From positions 40,548,001 to 40,612,000 of the forward strand of contig CM059446.1 in the NCBI GenBank assembly GCA_030390025.1: DNA of 64,000 nucleotides, written 5' to 3'. The translations under genes were made by a program, and so were the position numbers. This DNA is from Squalus acanthias. Taxonomy: Eukaryota. The first letter of the stretch is position 1; each line of letters begins with the position of its first letter. Below the pieces are notes generated by a model. The model was given only the letters and a program-made list of their open reading frames with translations. It was not told the origin of the DNA and did no database searches. Positions 12,160 through 23,910 of the stretch are shown piece after piece.

Positions 12160-13130
12160 GTTAGGACCATTGCTCTTTTTGATATATATTAATGACCTGG
12201 ACTTGGGTATACAGAGCATAATTTAAAAGTTTGCAGATGATATGAAACTCGGAAATGTAGTAAACAGTGAGGAGGATAGCAACAGACTTCAGGAGGACAT
12301 AGACAGACTGGTGAAATGGGCAGACACGTGGCAGATGCAATTTATCGCAGAGAAGTGTGAAGTGATACACTTTGGCAGGAAGAATGAGGAGAGGCAATAT
12401 GAACTAAATGGTAAATTTTTTAAAGGGGGTGCTGGAACAGAGAGACCTGGGGGCGTATGTACACAACTTTTTGAAGGTGACAGGACAAGTCGAGAAGGCT
12501 GTAAAAACAAAAGCATATGGGATCCTTGGCTTTATTAATAGAGGAATAGAGTACAAAAGCAAGGAAGATATGCTAAACCTTTCTATAACACTGGTTAGGC
12601 CTCCGCTGGAGTAATGTGTTCAATTATGGGCACCAAACTTTGGGAAGGATGTCAAGGCCTTGGAGAGGGTGCAGAGGAGATGAACTAGAATGGCACCAGG
12701 GATGAAGGACTTCATTTATGTGGAGAGACTGGAGAAGCTGGGGTTGTTCTCCTTAGAGCAGAGGTGTTGAGAGGAGATTTGATAGAGGTGTTCAAAACTA
12801 TGATTGGTTTTGATAGAGTAAATAAGGGGAAACTGTTTCCAGCGGCAGAAGGGTCGGTAACCAGAGGAGACAGATTTAAGGTGATGGAAACTTATTTTTA
12901 CATAGTGAGCTGCTGTGATCTGGAATGCACCGTCTGAAACGGTGGTGGAAGCAGAGTCCATATTAACATTCAAAAGATAATTGGAGAAATACTTGAAGGG
13001 AAAACAATTACAGGGCTACGGGGAAAGAACAGGGGAGTGGGACTAGTTGGATAGCTGTACCAAAGAGCCGGCACAGGTATGATGGGCCGAACAGTCTCCT
13101 TCTGTGCTGTATCATTCTATGATTCTATGA
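12160..13130 (+). mobile_element. CR1 LINE 3' fragment
   Basis: LGPLLFLIYINDLD…KFADDMKL, WADTWQMQF, INRGIEYKSKE. Ends in an (attctatg)n tail. Confidence 0.9.
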
Positions 13131-13392
13131 ATACTGGTGCATAGTCATCATGGCATGACTTTGATTCCTAGATATAAAAAAACAAAATTTGTTGATCTTT
13201 TAATCTCGACATCAAACAGAAGGCACAGCTTACACAGCTGATCAACATCTGCCGTATTATTCATTGCTGAATGAGAAGACTTTACACAGAACAGATTAAT
13301 CCTCCATGAATTCTAGAGTATACAGTAACATAAAATGGATATGTGGTAGTAATTTCAAAGCTGTAACCTTATCGTAGTTCAGCTAACACGTC

Positions 13393-13661
13393 GGCCCCGA
13401 TTTTAACTCCAGGTGGATTCCCTATTCAAGCCTGAGTTAAAATTACAGTCGGGTCTCAATGATGTCATCGGGGCGCAACATGCATATGTAAAGAAGGATC
13501 CTGTTGGCTCCGGGTGCGTGTCCTTGCTGTCTGCTCAGAAGAACAGCTTAAAATTGCAGATGTTGCGATCATGGTGGCTTTTGAACAGGCAAGAACCATG
13601 GCGATTTTAACTGCCCACCCTCCAGGTTTCAGCTGAGCGGGTAGAGTTAAAAATCGCCCCC
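13393..13661. mobile_element. MITE
   Basis: TIRs ggccccgattttaactc / gagttaaaaatcgcccc, with internal copies of the gattttaact motif. Confidence 0.6.
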
Positions 13662-14285
13662 AGGAGCCAGGAGTTTTAACTAACTTTTAACCAAAGGGAA
13701 TAATCCAAGCATCACCTGTTCAAGGGCTGCCCTCACAAACCCATTAGAAGACTTATTTTTAACAACACGCCCTTCTTCCTTCCCCACACTTGGTCAGGTA
13801 TTTCCCCATTTCCTTCCCCTAATGTAACCACACAATTACCCCTTCCTAACCATGTTTGCTTACATAACAAGAATGGCTACCCAACCTATCAAAGTAATTC
13901 ATTGCTGTGAAGCGCTTTTAGTACATCCTGAGGACATGAAAGGTTCAAACACAGTCACATGTTTCCCCCTCCAAGATGTTTTTCCTAATTGGTAGAAATT
14001 ATTTAATTTGGGTTTTATGTACATGATTAAGACATGAAGATGTGACTGCCTGTTTACTTCGCAATATGGTTATTGGGAAAATAACAAGTGAAAGGTTCGC
14101 ACCCTCTCTCAATAGGAACCCTGTAATTGACCAAATTTGTGTCACTTATGGTTCAGAGTTCAATTTAGCCTTCATCTCCATACAATGAATTGTAGTTACC
14201 AGGCTTCCAAACACTCGTACATTTAAAAAAAATTATCAATGATTTTGTGCACAGCAATACTGCAATTGATTACTCATACACAAGT

Positions 14286-14590
14286 GTCTTCGGCAGCACC
14301 TCCCAAACCCGCAACCTCTACCACCTAGCAGGATAAGGGCAGCAGGCGCATGCAAGTTCCCCTCCAAGTCACACACCATGCTGACTTGGAAATATATCGC
14401 CGTTCCTTCAGCGTCGCTAGGTCAAAATCCTGGAACTCCCTCCCTATAACAGCACTGTGGAGTACCTTCACCACACGGACTGCAGCGGTTCAAGAAGGGG
14501 GCTCACCACCACCTTCGAGGGCAATTAGGGATGGGCAATAAATGCTGGCCTTGCCAGCGACGCCCACATCCAGTGAATGAATAAAAAAAA
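14286..14590 (+). mobile_element. LINE 3' end, same family as 9001-9408
   Basis: Visibly similar to the 9001 copy; A-rich tail. Confidence 0.75.
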
Positions 14591-14595
14591 CATGA

Positions 14596-14713
14596 GTGCA
14601 ACCGATTACTCACACACAGTGCAATCGATTGCTCACACACAGTGCAATCGATTGCTCACACACAGTGCAATCGATTGCTCACACACAGTGCAATCGATTA
14701 TTCACACACAGTG
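14596..14713. repeat. Minisatellite, 5 x 23 bp (gtgcaatcgattgctcacacaca)
   Basis: Three perfect central units and two slightly diverged outer units. Confidence 0.92.
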
Positions 14714-14858
14714 GGTGGAACTTTCACTGCAGCAGGGGCATACTACTGGGTGGTAGTGGATCGACCGTCCATTATACACCCCGCTCAATCTTCCTCTCCA
14801 TTGAAGTCGACTTGCTGCCACTTGTTTTACACCCCTGCCTAAGTTGAAAGTTACGCCC
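14713..14858. mobile_element. Short MITE related to the 8742 element
   Basis: TIRs gggtggaactttca / tgaaagttacgccc; shares the ttttacac motif with 8742. Confidence 0.45.
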
Positions 14859-15744
14859 AGTGTTTTGGACAACCCGACGAGGAATTTCACCCTTCACATC
14901 AATAGGCAATGCAGGTATGCATGAAGCTTCATACCCGACTGCAGTAGATACAAAAGGATGAACTAGCTAGACTTCCAACGAAGAGCAGTCAAAGTGACAT
15001 ATGAACAGACATCTAGTAGGCACTCGTATTGTTCTACATTTGCCAGCTTCTTCAGCCAAAGCAAGGTGAACTGGACAGGTTTTTTTTTAGCAGCACACCA
15101 GCAGCAAAGAGGAGCTGATTTTCACTGGGTCTTTCTGACTGCTGCTGGTCTTAGTGGGGTATTTTCAGCAGCACAGATCTGTGGTGACGTCAATACATTG
15201 CAGCATGACGGGATCATGAACAAGTCTATTTACAAACTTCGTATTTACAATGTCGTTCTACGCAAGTGTACTGGCCAAAATGTAACCTGGGCATGCACTT
15301 TCCCTTTACCACTTGCTGACAGGAAGGCTGGCAGCATGACTTAAAAGTAAATTTAGAAGATTGGCAGTCTTATACTGCTCTCCCAGGACCTGGCCCACAA
15401 TTTAAAAAGCCGTCAAAATTGAGAGTCTTGGTGGGAGCAGAAATACAAAAAAAGTGACTCGAATCTGCTCAAAGGCCAGAATATAAGCTCAAAGTCTGCA
15501 GTTGGCCCACATACTTGAGTACTTCGTCACAAACCATCACTGGAACAGCCCAATGAGATCACTGCCTTGTAATTACTCCTGCCTATCCATTATTCCCTAC
15601 TTGATGATTTTGTTCGATTTTCATTTCAAATAAATTGCATTTTAAACCATACAATAATAGGTTTTGGAATAAAGACAGAACATCATCTGCTTGTCCAATA
15701 AATTCATACTTCCTTTCTCAAATGAGTCAATGTACAAGAATATT

Positions 15745-15894
15745 TTTGGACTCTAGGGGAATCAAGGGATATGGAGATCGGGCAGGAAAGTGGAGGTGAG
15801 GTCGATGATCAGCCATGATCTTATTAAATGGCGGAGCAGGCTCGAGGGGCCGTATGGCCGACTCCTGCTCTTATTTCTTACGTTCTTATGTTCT
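15745..15894 (+). mobile_element. CR1 3'-UTR fragment
   Basis: gatcagccatgatcttatt.aatggcggagcaggctcgagggg…ctcctgctc followed by a (ttcttatg) tail. Confidence 0.7.
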
Positions 15895-18466
15895 AATATT
15901 TCAAGGGATAGAGTGCAAGTGACAAGAAATGCTGCTAAAAGAACAAAAACTTAAAATACAAAAAAGGGATTGTTGTTTTAAACTGGAAATTGATTATGAT
16001 GTGGTCGGCAATCAAATATCCACACGGCAGTCAGAAACAATTGTCTTATATAGTTTGGGAAATGCTGCCCCCGTGCATAAGTAAGTAATTAACAATAACC
16101 AATTATATATTAATTCCAGTGCTGTACTGAATTACAATATCAATTCTGCACAAAAACAAATACAGTGCAAGATAATCACACACGCACACACAATGCGGGG
16201 CGGATCAGTCAGTCAGTCAGCCAGTCAATTTAGATAAGTGGTGCTCAGATAAACAACTACGACTGTAAAACATCTCAGGGTTGTTGATCAACTACGTCAT
16301 TTGAGATTTAATCAAAAAACAACCCGGCATACTATCGATCACTTTCCCTCCCAACTACATCCAGATTTGGGCGGCAGTACCTCATACAAATCCAAAATTT
16401 GGCTTTAGCAGTTCACAGAATTAGAAAATGTTGTATGTGAAGATGACACTGCCCGAAGGGTTACTGCTAACAATTCATGGCAGCAGCTGTTCACTGAATC
16501 CAATAGAACAGATTCTATTCTTACTATTGGTATCTGGCTTTCAGCATGTTATGTTTAAAACCATTATAGCCTGGATTCAGATTTCTGTTCAGCCTGGTTT
16601 GCAGACAGCAGCATACAACTGATTTTCTGCACACAACAGCAACTCCACATATGTCATTTGGAAGCCAGCATCCAGTAACTTTATAGCCTTTCATCTTGAT
16701 TAAAAACGGACCCAAGGAGCACCTGCAAGTTCAGTGCGTAAATGTATCACCCAGTGTGGTACTGATTACAAACTGGCCGTTGCCACTGACCTGCATCAAG
16801 CAGTACTTAGTTATAAATTACCTAGTAAAACATAAGCCTTAAAAGGCATCAAAGGACAAGTATTGCATTGCTTAATGGGTAAAATACTTACTTTAAAAAA
16901 AAAATAAAACAGCTACAAACAGGACTTCCCTGAGTTTAGCAACACCTCACAACAATAACTAAGAAGAAAAAAAAACTGGGAAGGCTATTAAATCGGAACT
17001 GGAAACAACAAAGTAGTGGAGATGCACAAATCAGTCACGATCTGAGAGATAAAAATTAATGTTTTGGGTAGAACCTTATATATGAAATCTTGCTTCAGAG
17101 GAACCCATCTTTTTCTTTCAGACACTGACTAATGTGTGTTTTTTTTATTTTTACTTCAGCTAAATAATAATAATGTTAGCTAACTGCCATGACCAGAGTC
17201 TGCACTCCTGATAAAGTGAAATATTATTCACCATAAAATGTTGCTTTACAACCCTTTTATTTAGCATAAGAGTAACATCGTCTGACAAAACCAATTTCTT
17301 TACTGTAAGCACGACTGCATTTTATGTGCATTTAAAATTTTGGGACACCAGGATTATACTTTGCAGCACAGTATTCGTGATTTATTTTAGATTGATATTT
17401 CCATGAATATATTAAGACGTTTTAGACTTTGGTTCAAGCAAAAACGAGTGTATAAACAATAAATAATAGCATCACTGCCAGCTGAACAACAGCAAGCTGA
17501 TCTCAGTTTATCTAGTTAAGTGTTAACGGTGCATTTTAATTTTAACCAGTACAGGCTAAGGTGATCCACATACTGTTTTGTTAGTGCTTCTGATCGTTTT
17601 GTTTCACCATCACAAAGAAATTCCTTTTTACAAAGATGCATGCCCACTGTCGATATTTCACGCTAGCAGTCAGTATTTTGGATAGTCAGTCTGCGCGTCA
17701 GTATTTGCTGACAAAATGAAGAGGGGATCGGGGGGCCCCCTCTCCTCTCAGTGCCACTCAGATGAGTCCAACTGCTAATGGAAGCAATTCCAGCCACTGC
17801 ATACCATAGGCAGGAATTCTCACAAGAATGGCACACCTCTTCAAATGGACATCAAAGATTTCACTGCACTATTCAAAGGCTGTTCTGGCCAGCATTCGGC
17901 CCTCAATCAACTCCACCATCAAACAGAATAGCTGATTATTTAGCTCAGTTGCTGTTTCTGGGACCTTGCTGTACACAAATGAGCTGCTGGGTTTGCCTAC
18001 ATAACAATGACTTCACTCGGAGAAGTAATTCACTTTGAGAGGTCCTGAGGACATGTTAAAAGTACGAGAATAATTCAATTGCTTTCGTTATTAGCCTAAT
18101 GGTGGCAAACCGCACAGGACACAGATGCTTTTCCTGCTTGAAGCTCAGCAAGTGTGGCACAAGACAGGTTGAATGCTTTGTGTCTATAATGTGAATTGAA
18201 AGAACTTTGCTGAAAGAAATTGGCAAAAACAGTGCTGTTGATGATTTCATGGATACAAAGTTCAGAACCACAGCTGAATTATGTAACTAGTTTAAGCAAT
18301 GATGTTCCTACTGATAAGAACAAATAGTACTTTATGACATTTTAAATTATGCTGTCCTCTTACTTCTGTTAACTAAACATCACCTACCTGGGAAATACAC
18401 TTTATTGGACTACTTTGATAGTTACTTACTTTTCCTATGCCACATGGTCAATTACATCGATATAAT

Positions 18467-19317
18467 GGCCTAAAATTTCCTGTGTATTTGCTCCCAGAGA
18501 AACGCGTAATTGCAAATCAAATACGCAGGCCTAAAAGAACACGGAATTTGGGGCGTGAATTAGTTATGTGTCCAAATACAATAAGCCCAAATCTCCGCGA
18601 TCTTTTACAATCGTCTATCGATCACTCTGCCCGAATGCATCTCCGCCCATAATAATGGCCCCGCTCCCCAGTTGCAGAGCCTTAGATGCGAGTTTCCTGC
18701 AAATGCGCTTGCTCAGAAGCTCTGTTCAAATTACGATTTTCAAGCACAGCGGAAAACAAAAAGTCATTTTTCTGGTGCTTTACTGCAATTTTTTGAGCAT
18801 TCTATTTTTCATTTATGCTTACTGAGACGTGCTCTGCATTTTCATATGAGTCACCTTAAAAACTGAAAAGCTTCCCCAATTGCAGGTTCTTAAGACAGGC
18901 TGTGCCTGATGTGCATGAATGACGATTAAATGAGTGCAAGCTTAAATTTTCATATTTGAAGAAATATATGGTGCGAGTTCAGCGCTTTCCTCGAGCCCCG
19001 AATGTTAACGCTGATTTACGCCTATTTTATATTCAGGCGTATTCGAATGTTCCCTGCAATTTTTTGGGGGTGCATGGTCCCTTTAAGGGGCTGTGCGGCC
19101 CATTCAAAATACCGCGCATACGCGTTTTTTCCTATTTAAAAGACGGTGAGAGTCAGCTGCGCGGGAGCTGCAGAGAGCGGCGCAGCTTAAAGGGAACAGT
19201 GCCAGCATTCTAGTCAGAGTCACAGGAAATTTGAGCGTATTTTGACATCGGCAGAATAGGCACATTTTCGGGTCGAACTTCTGGGTGGGATGGTGCCAAC
19301 GCAGGACATTCCAGGCC
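18467..19317. mobile_element. Non-autonomous TIR element
   Basis: TIRs ggcctaaaatttcctg / caggacattccaggcc; CpG-rich arms around an AT-rich core. Confidence 0.55.
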
Positions 19318-20559
19318 ATAATGTGGTAGCTTGTGGCATGTGACTATGTTAGAGCAGAACTTCAAAATTCTTCACAGCACAAAGAAGAGTTCTCCTTGAA
19401 AAAAGGAAATCTTCACCAGAGGCAGCCTGAAACCTGGCTCCTGAAACGTTCAGGTTTGGACAAAAGGGATCATCGTGACAATTCTCCAGATTGACTACGG
19501 TTCCTAGATGTTTGAACTTGAGAGCTGTGTGCTCAACTGCCTTCTTGTCTGCATCTGTGGAAGACATCCTACTAGCCATTTATCCAAATATATACAATCC
19601 CTGGAGTTATAGGTGGGTTATCAGCACTGACAGGCACTTTGAGAAGTCCTGAGGCAAAACTCAACAGGGGTCATCTTGCACTGATAACAGTGACCCGAGA
19701 CCACATAAACAGGTATCAATATATAAAATGTAATTAATATATGAATGGAGGGAAAGACAACTTTTAAAATGCTAGACTCAGGAACTATTCCTGCCAATGG
19801 TGTAATATGTTAGTTAGACATTTGACACCACACCCCCTCCTAATCCTCTTAAAGGAGCACAATTCTCATAAAATTCTGGCAAATAATCATGGTCTCTCTT
19901 GCAGGTACCATCTTTGCTATGACACAAGTTGATTATCCCTCTTTAAAAAAGAAAATTCCCTTTAAAAGCAGAAATTCATTTAAGTAGCAAATTAGGGGGG
20001 GAGGAAATGAATATTTATAGTTTCCACATGTTTGCAATGCTCCTCAAAATTTTGTTTAAAGAACATTCAAAAGATTTGGTGTAAAATCTACAGAAAATCA
20101 ACAGACGCAACTTCAGAAAACATGGAGTTTTAAAAGCAGAATTATGGGCGCTCGTTTTGGATTTTTTGAAGTGTCCCCCTCCGCTCAAGCCTCTGAAGCT
20201 AATCTACGCGTTTCCATCCAGCTCTGGGAAATGTGCTGACCTTCAGGCCATGTGCACGAACCGGGACATCGCTTTCTTCATCCTGTTCCCGTTTAATTTG
20301 CAGTGACAACATAAGCTGATTAAATCGCTGCACACTTCACAATCCTGCATACAAGAAAAAACAGCCATCACACGCGCCAATTTCACTTGGGGAAATGACA
20401 AAGACTTCTCCGTGCATTTTAGTTTCAATATTATTAGCAGCTTTACGATTATTCTGAAAAAACTTTCAGCGGCATGATTAAATAACACTAGTTCCAGCAC
20501 TTGAAGTTCCTTATTTAGGTCAGTTATTGCTACAAGTTATCACTGGTAGCAACAAAATA

Positions 20560-20965
20560 AATGCCATTAGGCTCAGAGAGCCAGTGCCTATTTGAATGAT
20601 CCCAACCTTCCTTCCATAGCTGTCAAAACTTTCTCCCACCAGATGCACATCTCGCAGCCTCCTGAGCCTATCTATACTATTTATTTCAGTGGCCTCCCAA
20701 GGTGAGGTATTCCATAAATTTACCATCACCTGCATAAAAAAGTTCTGCTGCGCTTTCACTACTCCTAAATTTCTCATTTTTAAAACTTGCAATCCAAACC
20801 CTTTGCTTGAATCAATAATCCTCTTCAATCTTTGAAAACTTTCATTTGATTGCCTCAAAGTCGCCTCTTTTCCAAGGAGAACACATCAAATTTTCTTAAC
20901 CTTTCCTCATAATTTGGTTTCTAGATACTTGGAATAATCTTGATTGCTCCTCTCTGTACTCCCTC
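20560..20965 (-). mobile_element. Degenerate CR1 3' fragment
   Basis: NFFMQVMVNLWNTSP motif in ORF 20520-20858. Confidence 0.55.
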
Positions 20966-21599
20966 ACTCCCTCAAAAGCAAGAACGGGATGGGCAATAAA
21001 CGCTGGCCTTGCCAGCGACGCTCACATCCCATAAGCGAATAAAAAAAAAAAAATCCTCCCCATCATGAACTGATCAGAACTATACAGAGTTGCACTGCCC
21101 ACTCACGTCACTGGGGACTGCAGAGTTGCACGCGTGGCTGCTCAAGTACATTCTAATGTCATAAAAAGAGGGTAAAAAGGGGAATTGGTTAATCCTTTCT
21201 CAAACACTCTCTTATTTGCTGAAGCTTCACTGGTCTTTATTCAGCAAGAGAATGATACATGGCATAACAACGTTCAAGGGAGGGAACAAACTAAAAAGGG
21301 ATTAAGCAAAAAGCACCCATGGATCACTGGAATTACACGGATCGTTTTGCCTACTTACAGGTTTTATCAATATAAGCTTCCAATACAAATGTGGCTGTGT
21401 TACGATAGGATCGGGACACTGATGTAGGTGAAAGACTTTGTTTTAAAAATAGTAGGCAACAGGAATATTTCCTCAATTATTAAGAACTTCTCTGAGGATT
21501 TTTTTTTAAATGGATAGAAGCAATTCAAATCAAACAGATTTTATTTTTGGCTAACATCCAATATGAAGATTACTGTCTGCTGAAAGGCTTAAAACAACC

Positions 21600-23910
21600 T
21601 TAACAACTGTACAAATGCACTCATGACCTTCCTAACTGGTTGTGTTAACTAGGCCAGTAAGCCACCTTCAATCCAGGGCGATCACCACAACAGAAGCAAA
21701 GCAACAGCTTATGCATCCACGTGAAAATCTGAGGATCATTTGGAAATAAACTCACACATGGTGCGATCTATTAGATTGCAGTATATTAGATCTACTTTAA
21801 AAAGGTAGAACCAAACTGTTTCTAACCCACATGGATCACAACCAGTCTCAGCGCCAAAGTCACTTTTTCTCGGACAACAGCAACCTAAAGGTGTCCATAA
21901 TCACCAATGAAGGAATTAAAAGGTCATTCCCACAATTTGGTCACAATAATTTTGAATGACATACTGAAGCCTTCCACAGGAAGTGGCTTAACAGCAGAGC
22001 AACTCAATGTTCACTCCAACACAGCCATTTAAATAGGATTGCTTACATTTCTATTAATCCATACTTGTAAGAGAAAAAGTCTCATCATCTTGGGAAAGAA
22101 ATGAAAGCATTCGATGGCCCGCACAAAGGTACTATTGGTACACTGGATCAGGACCCTCCGTGAAAACGTTCCAATCTATATTATACAACGCTGTAACAAT
22201 GTAAGAGTTTATTTTCTCTAATTAGATACTGCAAGCAACATTACAAATTGTCACACATTTCCTGTCCCACCTCTTCCAGGAACTAATGGTTGCCGGAGCT
22301 CAGCAACACTCTGGTATCACTTCCATTAATGCACAAGAATGGAGATCATCTTCTTTTGTGCTGTGCTTCGGACTCTTCATTTGCACCTTCAAAGCAGTGA
22401 GTGTGTAGACCTGCGAGAGGAGCCTTTAATGAAGATATTTAATACCAACAGTGACAAGTTGTCATTGTTGTCCGCCAAGACGATAAGTGTATTCCTTCTT
22501 TACTGCAAGCAGTTTGAGATTATACACTCATTACGCCACTTATGCAATGATATTATTGTACAAGGTTTTTTTAAAATCTCAAGCCCATTTTCTGTTCTCT
22601 GCCACAGCAGAAAGTGGCCAGTGGTTCATTATATGTTCATTAACTAGTCTGAACTTAAATAACAGTTATTTCAAATCATCACTTGTAAAAGGTTTATTGT
22701 TCATTTTTCCTTGATTTGGATAGCTAGACATTCAAATTCTATTTCATTTTCTTATTGTTTAATTCGAGGAATGGTTGTTTCATGCCAGTAATCTCTTGTA
22801 TCGTAATTCACTATATCCCACCACACTGCTTAAAAACATCACTTTCCCACACTTATTCCCTCCAGCTCAATATACTTCAGCTATGATATTCATCCTCGGC
22901 AATTCTATCCTTTAGCAACCCAATTACATTCATTATTTTACTTCATGACAATCGCAGTTCCTCTTATGCTCTTGCTTAAAACTAAGTCCTGGATTCCAGT
23001 TGAACTTGGGGGATTTTGGTGGTTATACATAATTCAACAAAACATTTCAACCTTTGCTGTGATGATTTATTCATAGGTAGGCACAACTTTGTATTTAAAT
23101 TTCCTATCCACAATGAAAAATTTTGCGGAGATGCAGCACCCGTTGCAAAATCAATGTACAGTACTACTGTCTTAATTGTCTCTGCTAGCTCAAGCTACAA
23201 ATAAATATTGCTATTCAAGGAGATGGAATAGTAGTCGGTTGGAAACGGCACTGCTCTCTATGGTAATGTATGTATACCACCATTCTGCGCTTTCGCCACC
23301 TCCTCCTCAGACAATTTGAAGTTATCCTGTTTGAAATTCACCATTAGCGCACCATCTGGTTTCATGAAGTCCAAAAACGTTAGCGATAAATCACCCCACT
23401 TCACCGCAGTCCCCAAAAATTCTTCCTTTTACACTTCAGTCTACCTTCAATAGCTTTCCAAGTAAAAACCTGTGTTGGAGTATCTACATTCTTCTCGTAT
23501 CTGGTTTCAGTAGCGAGAATTGGAGGTACTACTTCTTTTTTTAAGTTGCTCAATTTCAACATAAATTCCAAGAAACCATCACCTCCGCTCTTTGACAATA
23601 TCATCAGCTGGATGTACAAGGAGAACGTCAAGTTTACATGAGTGTTGCAGAAAAATGAACGAGTTATGTTTCATTTCAATTGAGACCTATAACTAAACCC
23701 AACCCAAATCAATTCTCAATAAATTCAGAACTTGGCACAAGAAATTCCTGTGAATTTATAGTCAAGACCCACTTATGGGATTTTTAAGATGGTGGCCAGT
23801 CCCTTCTGAAGTGCGATGTTGGCTCCCAGACAACATCAGAAAACACAAAAAAATCTCCTTAAAGTATCAAATTCTTTCCCATTACAGGCCGTGTAACTCT
23901 ACCCCATATG
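21600..23910 (-). pseudogene. Decayed multi-ORF coding-like segment, candidate endogenous viral element
   Basis: Manual translation gives long protein-like frames broken by isolated stops and frameshifts (see findings). Identity is unconfirmed and boundaries are approximate. Confidence 0.4.

Noticed and set aside
14596-14713. CRISPR-like palindromic repeats
   Set aside because: Head-to-tail units with no unique spacers, no cas genes, and a vertebrate context.
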